From positions 12,498 to 76,497 of the forward strand of contig JAZNER010000004.1 in assembly GCA_045588675.1 (NCBI GenBank): a stretch of DNA of 64,000 bases, written 5' to 3'. Position numbers and translations under genes: made by a program. Shown piece after piece: positions 56,522 to 64,000 of this stretch (positions are counted from its first letter, which is position 1; every line of letters starts with the position of its first letter). The notes under the pieces are model-generated. The model did not search any database and was not told where the DNA came from. It saw nothing but the letters and a program-made list of their open reading frames with translations. This DNA is from Eubacteriales bacterium (lineage in GTDB: Bacteria > Bacillota > Clostridia > Oscillospirales > CAG-272).

Positions 56522-57025
56522 TCAATAGCTGCTGATAGGGATACTCTCGTCATCCTCTCCCTTTTCGATTGACCGGATTTGCACATAATAGCTGTAGCTT
56601 TCGTTTACCTTGACGCAAATTCGGTCGCCGACCTTTTTGCCAAGCAGAGCCTTTCCAAGAGGACTCTCCTTGCTGAGCAAGCCTTTTAAGGAATCCTGAC
56701 GGAGAGTGGTTACGATTTTTCGCTCAACCACCTCGTCGTCCTCTTCAATATAAAATGCAACCGTGTCAAAAAGACAGACGGCATCCTCGTCGGTCTGGAC
56801 CTTGATTACCTTTGCGGTGGCAATCATATTTTTGAGGTATCTTATTCGGCTCTCGTTCTTGTTTTTTTCTCTTTTCGCCTCTTTGTATTCGGCGTTTTCG
56901 CTGAGGTCGCCGAATTCCCGGGTTCTTTGCACCTCAGCTAAAAGCTCGGGGCGCAAAACGCACATACGGTAGTCGATTTCCTCTTGCATTTTCTTTATAT
57001 CAACTGCGGTTAGTTCGTCGTGCAT
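56522..57025 (-). CDS. greA: transcription elongation factor GreA
   Basis: 167 aa: FGDLSENAEYKEAKREKN. Confidence 0.9.
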   Translation of the reverse strand: MHDELTAVDIKKMQEEIDYRMCVLRPELLAEVQRTREFGDLSENAEYKEAKREKNKNESRIRYLKNMIATAKVIKVQTDEDAVCLFDTVAFYIEEDDEVVERKIVTTLRQDSLKGLLSKESPLGKALLGKKVGDRICVKVNESYSYYVQIRSIEKGEDDESIPISSY

Positions 57026-57056
57026 ACTTCTTTCCTTTGTTAATCAATGTTATGTG

Positions 57057-58094
57057 TTAATCAATATTCTGCGCTCTCATTTTTTCAAGAATTGCCAAAA
57101 AATCATCCGGCAAATCACACTCAAAGTGCATTTTCTCCCGTGTTTTCGGGTGAGTAAGCTCAAGACATTTCGCGTGCAGGCACTGTCCCGAAATCAAACT
57201 TTTGTTGGTTGCTTCAAATTTGGTATTTGCTCCGCCGTATAATTCGTCGCCGAGCAAGGCGTGACCTGTATGCGACATATGCACGCGTATTTGATGCGTT
57301 CTGCCTGTTTCAAGACGGCATTTTATATATGCAAATCTTCCGCTTGGGAGATTGAACTGTTCAATTGCTTCAAAATGCGTTATCGCCTCTCTTGACTTGT
57401 GTCTTGGGTCGTTGATAACAGCCATTTTCTTGCGGTCGGACGGGTGACGGCCAATCGGACGGTTGACAGTTCCCGGGCTCTCCTTAAAATTGCCAAGCGC
57501 AATAGCGTGATAGATCCGACTTATCGAGTGAGTTTTCAACTGCTCGGACAAAAATATATGTGCTTCATCATTTTTTGCGACAACCAAAAGGCCTGAGGTG
57601 TCCTTGTCAATTCTGTGGACTATCCCAGGACGAATTACGCCGCCGATTCCCGAAAGCGAATTCTTGCAATGATAAAGCAGGGCGTTAACAAGCGTTCCGC
57701 TGTAGATACCTGTCGCGGGGTGAACGATCATTCCCGACGGCTTGTTTACAACAATAATATCGCTGTCCTCATAAACTATATTGAGCGGAATATCCTCCGG
57801 CAAGGCTTCTGCCGTCTCGGGCTCAGGCATAGCTATTTCAACGGTGTCGCCGCGGCGCATTTTGTAATTTTTCTGAGGAGCAATACCGTTTACAAAAACC
57901 GCTCCACCCTCAATCAGCTTCGTGGCAAGCGCGCGCGAAAGTCCTGTGTTTGTCGAAACAAATTTGTCAAGCCGCTCGCCGACAAGCTCTTCGGTTGCGG
58001 CAATGACTGTTATCTCGCCGTCCTGTGTCAAGCCCTCGTCAAGCTGGGCAAAATTATCTTTCTCGGTCATTTTACTCACCAATACTTTTTTCAT
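57057..58094 (-). CDS. rluD: RluA-family 23S rRNA pseudouridine synthase (RluD-like, S4 domain)
   Basis: 345 aa: ERLDKFV...(S4), HRIDKDTSGLLVVAKN, GRTHQIRVH. Confidence 0.88.
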   Translation of the reverse strand: MKKVLVSKMTEKDNFAQLDEGLTQDGEITVIAATEELVGERLDKFVSTNTGLSRALATKLIEGGAVFVNGIAPQKNYKMRRGDTVEIAMPEPETAEALPEDIPLNIVYEDSDIIVVNKPSGMIVHPATGIYSGTLVNALLYHCKNSLSGIGGVIRPGIVHRIDKDTSGLLVVAKNDEAHIFLSEQLKTHSISRIYHAIALGNFKESPGTVNRPIGRHPSDRKKMAVINDPRHKSREAITHFEAIEQFNLPSGRFAYIKCRLETGRTHQIRVHMSHTGHALLGDELYGGANTKFEATNKSLISGQCLHAKCLELTHPKTREKMHFECDLPDDFLAILEKMRAQNID

Positions 58095-58590
58095 CTGTTA
58101 AGAGCTTTTTCTGCTTTTCCTCTCTGCTCTCTCTTGCCATATCAAGAATAAACCAAAGAATAAGCAAGCCTGCGCCAACACAAACAAAGGCGTCGGCAAC
58201 ATTGAAAACCCACATCCAAATTTTGGGGAAAGCGCAAAAATCAAGGAAATCTATAACATAGCCGAGGCGAATTCGGTCTATCATATTTCCAATTCCGCCG
58301 CCGACAAGCAAAATAATTGCCGAGAGGATAAGCTTGCTTTGAGGCTTTTTCCAAAACAGATAAACCAAAATTGCAATTATAGCAACGCTTGACAAAATCA
58401 TAAAGATCCATCTGTTATCTGCCATAGAGCCAAACGCCGCTCCCTTATTTTGTATATAGGTAAATCTGAAAACGCCCGGGATTATATCAATTGACTGATG
58501 CAGGTCCATATAGATTACAACCAGATATTTGCTGATTTGGTCGATAAAAACAGTTGCCAAAATAAGCAGCGAAATAATAACGCTTGTCAT
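58072..58590 (-). CDS. lspA: lipoprotein signal peptidase II
   Basis: 172 aa: DQISKYLV, NKGAAFG, GGGIGNMIDR, FNVAD. Confidence 0.9.
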   Translation of the reverse strand: MTSVIISLLILATVFIDQISKYLVVIYMDLHQSIDIIPGVFRFTYIQNKGAAFGSMADNRWIFMILSSVAIIAILVYLFWKKPQSKLILSAIILLVGGGIGNMIDRIRLGYVIDFLDFCAFPKIWMWVFNVADAFVCVGAGLLILWFILDMARESREEKQKKLLTDEKSIGE

Positions 58591-58615
58591 TTTAATCCTT
58601 CCATAAGCTCGGTAA

Positions 58616-59416
58616 CTATACCGATTTTTTTATTTTGTAGAAATGAGTGATCTGCAGATCCTCGTCCATATCCAAGCCGTGAGAGCCTGCACCGCCGTCA
58701 ATCTCGTGACAGCCGTGATCCATTGCAAATCCAAGCAAGGTGTCGTGTCCTGCCCAATGCTCCTCAATCAATGAAGCAAAGGTAGCAAAGTAGTGAGAGT
58801 TTGCGCGGAGCTCTGACAACGCCTCTAAGCTTTCGGGTCCGTGCTTGTGCATAAGAGTGTCGTAATTTCCGTTATAAACTACAACCAGGTCATACTCGTC
58901 GTTAATAATAACCTCAGCAACCTTCGCGTTGATTTCGGGAATAGTGTCATATATATAGTAGTCAATATTTCTGTTAAGATAAAGCTTTGACATACTGCAA
59001 TTTGTGCGGGCAAGCAAGGCTATACGCTTACCGCTTCTGGCAACCGCGTCAAACAAGCTATCGGTCGGGATAGTAACCTTCTCATATTTTTGAACGCCGT
59101 GAACCGCGGGCTGTGCGCCTGTGTACATCGTTGCAAAGCAAACAGGAGTTACTGACGGCATAACAGTTTCAAGCGGAAGCTGAAGATCGGTCTTTGCAAC
59201 TACCTCGTTTACAAGCTGGGGATATTTTTTGTATATCCACTCTGCAACAGCATCGGGATTATACATAAATACTCTGTCCGCCTTTTTGCCGCCTAATTCC
59301 TTGTCAATATATTCTGCAAGCACTTCATTTTTATTTGCCGCGTGCTCGGGTGCTTCAACTCCCAAGGCATAGGCGAGAGTTGCGCATATTGTATCTAACG
59401 ATTTTCTTTCTGACAT
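58616..59416 (-). CDS. alkaline-phosphatase-superfamily protein (nucleotide pyrophosphatase/phosphodiesterase-like)
   Basis: 266 aa: MPSVTPVCFATMYTG, HKHGP, DHGCH. Confidence 0.55.
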   Translation of the reverse strand: MSERKSLDTICATLAYALGVEAPEHAANKNEVLAEYIDKELGGKKADRVFMYNPDAVAEWIYKKYPQLVNEVVAKTDLQLPLETVMPSVTPVCFATMYTGAQPAVHGVQKYEKVTIPTDSLFDAVARSGKRIALLARTNCSMSKLYLNRNIDYYIYDTIPEINAKVAEVIINDEYDLVVVYNGNYDTLMHKHGPESLEALSELRANSHYFATFASLIEEHWAGHDTLLGFAMDHGCHEIDGGAGSHGLDMDEDLQITHFYKIKKSV

Positions 59417-59551
59417 TGTTTATTCCTTCCGTGCTAAGAAATTCAAAAGCTTACATCCTAATTTTGCTGAGTTTTAGAATTTTTGTAGTTCAAATTTTCA
59501 AATTGAGGGGGACGGAAACCGTTTCTCTCGCTCTCCTTCCCCCAAAAATAT

Positions 59552-62359
59552 TTAACCTAAGATCCTTCTGCATCTCTCGCAAAGGAAACCGCCCTCGTCG
59601 TCGTGAGCTCCCTCTGTTGAATAAGACCAGCAGCGATCGCACTTGTGTCCGTCAGCGGGCGCAACCATAACGGCGATGCCTGTTTGTGTTTCGGCAAACG
59701 CGCCCTCGGGAGCATCTCCCTTCTGAACACTCGCGCCCGAGGTAATGTAAATACCCGCAAGCTCGTCGGCAAAGCTGCTCATAAGAGCATAAGCTTCGTC
59801 GTCGTTTGTATAAATCGTAACCTTTGCGTCAAGAGATTTACCAATCATCTTGTCAGCACGCGCAAGCTCCAGAGCCTTCATAACGTCATCTCTGTACAAG
59901 AAAAGCTTATCCCACTTTGCAGAGAAATCTGCGGTCTTATCCGCCAATTCCTTGTCAAATGCAGGCATATCGTTGAGGAAGATGCTCTCTGCCTTGTCGC
60001 TCGCGGCGTGAGGCATAGCCTTCCAGATTTCTTCTGCGGTAAAGGAGATGATGGGAGCTAAGAGCTTTGTTATATCTGAGAGAACGCGGTAAAGCGCGCT
60101 CTGTCCGCTTCTTCTTGACTTGGAATCCGACTTTTCAACGTAAAGGCGGTCCTTTGTGATGTCAATGTAGAGCTTTGAAAGCTCAATGGTGCAGAATTTA
60201 TTGATAGCGTGGTAAACTATATGGAATTCGTAATTGTTATATGCTTCAAGGCAGAGCTTTACAAGCTTATTGGTTTCGGCAACTATCCAAGCGTCGATAT
60301 CAAGCATATCGTCAAATGCAACCATATCTGTTTCGGGATTAAAGTCAGATAGGTTTGCCATCATAATTCTGGCGGTATTTCTTATCTTCTTGTAAGATTC
60401 CGAAAGCTGTGCAAAGATGTTTTCAGAGCAACGAACATCTGCGTGATAGTCAGAGGATGCCGCCCAAAGACGCACTAATTCTGCGCCGTATTTCTTGATA
60501 ATGTCGTCGGGGCTTATCGAGTTACCGAGCGACTTGTGCATAGCCTTGCCTTCTCCGTCAACTACCCAGCCGTGAGTAAGAACGGCCTTAAAGGGTGCGC
60601 CAACCTTACCGCTTGAGCCAACTGCTGTGAGCAAGGAAGCCTGGAACCAGCCTCGGTACTGGTCGCCGCCCTCAAGATAAATGTCAGATGGCCAGGTTTC
60701 TTGTTCTCTGTTTTTAAGAACCGCTATGTGAGATGAGCCCGAGTCAAACCAACCGTCAAGAGTGTTTGTTTCCTTTGTAAAGCCGTGAGCCTTGCCACAG
60801 TGAGGACAGGTAAAGTCCTCTCCGAGAATCTCCTTTGCTTCAAGGTCAAACCAAGCGTTTGAGCCCTTTTCTCCAAAGAGCTTTTCAACCTTTGTGATAG
60901 TTTCTTCGTTACAGATAGGAGCCTTGCAGTCCTCGCAGTAGAATACGGGAATTGGAAGTCCCCAATGTCTTTGACGGGAAATGCACCAGTCTGCTCTCTC
61001 CCTTATCATCTGCTCCATTCTGTCCTGTCCCCACGCGGGAAGCCATAAAACATCCTTGCAAGAAGCGATTGCATCGTCCTTGAACGCCTCAACAGAGCAG
61101 AACCACTGAGGAGTTGCGCGGAAGATAATAGGTGACTTACATCTCCAGCAGTGAGGATATTCGTGCTCAATTTCAGCCGAAGCCAAGAGCGCGCCCGTTT
61201 CCTTCATATCTGCTAAAATTGCCTCGTTGGAGTCGGCGTAGTACATTCCCGCAAACTTGCCCGCATCGGCTGTCTGGTAGCCTCTGTCGTCAACAGGAAC
61301 TATAATATCAATGTTATATCTGCGGCAGGTCTGATAGTCGTCTGCGCCAAAGCCGGGTGCGGTATGAACACAGCCTGTACCTGAGTCCATCGTTACATAA
61401 TCTGCATTAACAACGATACTCTTGCGGTCAAGGAAGGGGTGCTTTGCTGTCATAAACTCAAATTCTTTACCCTCAAGTGTTGCAAGGGTAGTGTATCCTT
61501 CAATTCCCGCCGCCTTGAGAGTTGACTCGGTAAGAGCCTTTGCAAGAATATATGTTTCCCCGCTCTCAACCTTAACAAGGTCATACTCTTCGTCGGGGTT
61601 GAGTGCGATTGCAAGGTTACCGGGGAGAGTCCAAGTCGTAGTTGTCCAGATTACGAAGTAAGTGTTATTAAGGTCGCAAAGAGGAGCAAGCTTTCCCTTG
61701 TCATCGGCAACCTTGAACTTTACATAAATTGATGTACATTTGTCTGTCTGATACTCAATTTCAGCCTCTGCAAGAGCGGTTTCGTCCTTAGGGCACCAAT
61801 AAACAGGCTTAAGTCCCTTGTAAATGTATCCTCTCTTGAACATCTCGCCGAAAACGCGAACCTCTGTCGCTTCAAAATCGGGCGACATTGTCATATAAGG
61901 ATTTTCCCAATCGGCAACAAGACCTAAACGCTGGAACTGGTCTGCTTGCTTGTCAATAAAGCCCTGCGCGAATTCGTGGCAAGCGGAACGGAATTCCGAT
62001 ATAGACATCTTCTTTCTGTCAAGCTTGTTCTTCTTAATAATTGCAGACTCGATAGGCATTCCGTGGTTATCCCAACCGGGAACATAGGAAATTCTGTATC
62101 CCTGCATAGCCTTATATTTGTTTATAAAGTCCTTCAAAATCTTGTTAAGAGCGTGTCCCATATGGATATTTCCGTTTGAGAAGGGAGGGCCGTCGTGGAA
62201 AGAGAATTTCTCTCCATCCGCTCTCGCATCCTGCATTTTTTTGTACAGGTCTATGCTCTTCCAATACGCAATCGTTTCAGGCTCTCTTTGAGGCAGATTT
62301 GCTCTCATAGAGAACGAGGTTTGCGGTAAGTTTAATGAATCCTTGTAGTCCTTTGCCAT
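59552..62359 (-). CDS. ileS: isoleucyl-tRNA synthetase
   Basis: 935 aa: PFSNGNIHMGHA (HIGH), KMHKSLGN (KMSKS), C-terminal Zn-finger cysteines. Confidence 0.97.
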   Translation of the reverse strand: MAKDYKDSLNLPQTSFSMRANLPQREPETIAYWKSIDLYKKMQDARADGEKFSFHDGPPFSNGNIHMGHALNKILKDFINKYKAMQGYRISYVPGWDNHGMPIESAIIKKNKLDRKKMSISEFRSACHEFAQGFIDKQADQFQRLGLVADWENPYMTMSPDFEATEVRVFGEMFKRGYIYKGLKPVYWCPKDETALAEAEIEYQTDKCTSIYVKFKVADDKGKLAPLCDLNNTYFVIWTTTTWTLPGNLAIALNPDEEYDLVKVESGETYILAKALTESTLKAAGIEGYTTLATLEGKEFEFMTAKHPFLDRKSIVVNADYVTMDSGTGCVHTAPGFGADDYQTCRRYNIDIIVPVDDRGYQTADAGKFAGMYYADSNEAILADMKETGALLASAEIEHEYPHCWRCKSPIIFRATPQWFCSVEAFKDDAIASCKDVLWLPAWGQDRMEQMIRERADWCISRQRHWGLPIPVFYCEDCKAPICNEETITKVEKLFGEKGSNAWFDLEAKEILGEDFTCPHCGKAHGFTKETNTLDGWFDSGSSHIAVLKNREQETWPSDIYLEGGDQYRGWFQASLLTAVGSSGKVGAPFKAVLTHGWVVDGEGKAMHKSLGNSISPDDIIKKYGAELVRLWAASSDYHADVRCSENIFAQLSESYKKIRNTARIMMANLSDFNPETDMVAFDDMLDIDAWIVAETNKLVKLCLEAYNNYEFHIVYHAINKFCTIELSKLYIDITKDRLYVEKSDSKSRRSGQSALYRVLSDITKLLAPIISFTAEEIWKAMPHAASDKAESIFLNDMPAFDKELADKTADFSAKWDKLFLYRDDVMKALELARADKMIGKSLDAKVTIYTNDDEAYALMSSFADELAGIYITSGASVQKGDAPEGAFAETQTGIAVMVAPADGHKCDRCWSYSTEGAHDDEGGFLCERCRRILG

Positions 62360-62482
62360 AATTATATAACCTCCGTGTACTAATGTATAGTACCTAAAAT
62401 TTCAAAATGCTTGCGAAGTCGCTGTGCTTTTTATCGTAAGCTTTTTATATTCTGAATTTGAATAATCAAATTGTAGTCAAAA

Positions 62483-63292
62483 TTAAATGTATTTGTCGGC
62501 AACGAGGCGCATCCTTCCCTTTTTTGTTTCTCCGTCAAATCCGACAATATTGAATTTGCCATATCCTCTCGCCGAAATTTTGCAGGGCGGAAGTATTGAC
62601 TTGTCGCATTTGAGCTCGGGAAGATAATCAAGCTCGCAAAGCCCCGATTTAATCAATTCCTGAGCCCGCTCCCGTGACAGTCCCGTCAGCGCGCCGATAA
62701 TACAGTCAAACCTGTTTGAAGCAACCGTCAGCGACAGGCGACAAAGATTTTGCTTTGGCTCAAAGTCGCCGTCAGGCAAAAACTCCTCTGCCGTTACCTT
62801 GTCAGAAGCCACCCTGTCAAGATTTTCAAGCAAAAAACGGAAAATTTTGTCGGTGCAAAAAATTATTGCAGAAAAATCGTCCTCCACAACAATATCGCCT
62901 ATCGAGCTTCTCTCAATTCCAAGAGCTAATATTGAGCCGAGATAATCGCGATGAGAAAGAGCGCGATATGAGCTCCCCTTTATTCTGATTGCCCGAATTT
63001 TGGTGCGAAGCTCCTCAGGGAAGTAAGCTTCCAGCTTCTCTTTTGGCGTTCCGTCAAAATCCGAAAGAAACGACGGCAGAACAAAAAGCCGTTTTCTTTC
63101 GGCAGATGGGTATCCTCCAAACAGAAAAACTCTCTCCCCTGCCCGATTTTGCTGACAAAAGCTTAAAGCATAAGCCGCTTCGGCAGGGGTGAGAAAATTT
63201 CCGCATACGAGCTCTCCCTTGTCGGCACGGCGAAGACAGTCCTCCACGCGCGACAAAAGCAGTCGTTTAGCTTGAGTATTATTAAAATCCAT
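62483..63292 (-). CDS. ylmH: YlmH-like S4-domain RNA-binding protein
   Basis: 269 aa. It sits between sepF and ileS, as in the Bacillus ylm cluster, and has a C-terminal S4-like segment. Confidence 0.7.
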   Translation of the reverse strand: MDFNNTQAKRLLLSRVEDCLRRADKGELVCGNFLTPAEAAYALSFCQQNRAGERVFLFGGYPSAERKRLFVLPSFLSDFDGTPKEKLEAYFPEELRTKIRAIRIKGSSYRALSHRDYLGSILALGIERSSIGDIVVEDDFSAIIFCTDKIFRFLLENLDRVASDKVTAEEFLPDGDFEPKQNLCRLSLTVASNRFDCIIGALTGLSRERAQELIKSGLCELDYLPELKCDKSILPPCKISARGYGKFNIVGFDGETKKGRMRLVADKYI

Positions 63293-63340
63293 ATTTTATC
63301 AGTTTTTTAAATCCCGACAAATTTTTCTCATATGGAAAAA

Positions 63341-63829
63341 TTATTCAGCGTCGTCCTCGTCGTCCTCAACGATTTCCTCGTCAAGCTCGTCAATAGAAAT
63401 ATCCTCGTCAAAATCGTAAGGGAGAAGAACAACGGTTTCTCTGTCGATTTTGCTAAGCTCACCGTCAAGAGCCTGAACTGCGCCCATAAGATAGTCGAAA
63501 AGACGAACAAAGTTATCTCTGTCAAGCTCCTCAACGCAAATTACAACAACGCGGCCGTCCTTGAAGCTGTCAACGATCTTACTGCCGTCGGTGTAGCTTG
63601 TAGGGGTAAAGGTTCTCTTCATCAAGGGCTCGTTTGCCTTTGCAATATCTCTTGCGTTTTCAGCAGAGAGAACGACGCGAATGTCGGACATATCCTCGTC
63701 GTAGTAGTCGTTGCCGACTGACTGTGAGCCGTCGGGAGTAGCGTCGGTCTTGTAATAAAGCTCGTCGTAGCTGTCGTCGATTTCCTCTGCGGGCTCGCTT
63801 TTCTTACCAAATAACCAAAACTTTTCCAT
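63341..63829 (-). CDS. sepF: cell division protein SepF
   Basis: I place the start at MEKFWLFGKK, after a GGAG SD. Core sequence: VVLSAENARDIAKANEPLMKRTFTPTSYTDGSKIVDSFKDGRVVVICVEELDRD. Confidence 0.85.
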   Translation of the reverse strand: MEKFWLFGKKSEPAEEIDDSYDELYYKTDATPDGSQSVGNDYYDEDMSDIRVVLSAENARDIAKANEPLMKRTFTPTSYTDGSKIVDSFKDGRVVVICVEELDRDNFVRLFDYLMGAVQALDGELSKIDRETVVLLPYDFDEDISIDELDEEIVEDDEDDAE

Positions 63830-63902
63830 ATTAATCTCCATTCCGCCGTCAAGCAAAGCTTATACGGCAATTTATATTATCTTTTTTATTTTTACTTTAT
63901 TT

Positions 63903-64000
63903 TTACTTTAAAAACATTCGTCTGCCGACGCGAACCAAATTCGCACCGCACTCAACGGCAACCTCGAAGCTTTCTGACATTCCCATTGATAAAATCGGTT
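63903..64000 (-). CDS. YggS/YlmE-family PLP-binding protein, C-terminal fragment (5' end outside window)
   Basis: My translation is PILSMGMSESFEVAVECGANLVRVGRRMFLK*, which matches the conserved LSMGMS...VR(I/V)G family C-terminus. Confidence 0.75.
   Translation of the reverse strand, partial: PILSMGMSESFEVAVECGANLVRVGRRMFLK

Noticed and set aside
62360-62482. Expected T-box leader upstream of ileS.
   Set aside because: The intergenic region is only 123 nt. It has no specifier/T-box conserved sequence and no terminator/antiterminator pair. ileS is probably read through from ylmH or uses a simple promoter.

Overview
Chromosomal window from a spore-forming Firmicute, probably Clostridia (spoVT, sepF-ylmH-ileS, and rpoB-rpoC followed by the rpsL-rpsG-fusA-tuf str operon). 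Most genes are on the minus strand.

**Core regions (1-33.9 kb and 53.6-64 kb).** These are ordinary housekeeping regions. Genes include recD2, metK, a DUF368 protein, a RibU-like transporter, tuf, fusA, rpsG, rpsL, rpoC, rpoB, a CapD-like dehydratase, spoVT, tmk, a CHAP hydrolase, uppP, a U32 peptidase, an ABC-F ATPase, pgeF, copA, greA, rluD, lspA, ileS, ylmH and sepF. I could read two riboswitches directly: SAM-I upstream of metK and FMN upstream of the RibU-like gene. Several promoters match the sigma-A consensus exactly.

**Accessory region (about 34.1-53.7 kb).** It has two parts:
- An AT-rich three-gene restriction-modification operon (34.6-37.0 kb): a Dam-like methyltransferase with an HTH fused to its N-terminus, a small PD-(D/E)XK nuclease, and a second methyltransferase with permuted motif order.
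- A 16.3-kb element integrated into the 3' end of tRNA-Ser(GGA), bounded by a perfect 23-bp direct repeat at 37303-37325 and 53613-53635.

**The integrated element.** It carries an integrase, a cI-like repressor, an overlapping divergent promoter switch, an Xis-like HTH protein, a replication module, a resolvase-like nuclease and a TerS-like protein. I see no capsid, portal, large terminase, tail or lysis genes, so it looks like a phage satellite or PICI rather than a prophage. Almost half of it is one 2574-aa ORF with an HExxH motif. Two protein-like ORFs preceded by Shine-Dalgarno (SD) sequences are nested in that ORF's +1 frame, over its apparent linkers. This element is my best candidate for something undescribed.

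**Limits.** I found no rRNA genes, no CRISPR array and only one tRNA. All calls come from reading the sequence and ORF translations. No database search was run, so family assignments for the accessory genes are provisional.
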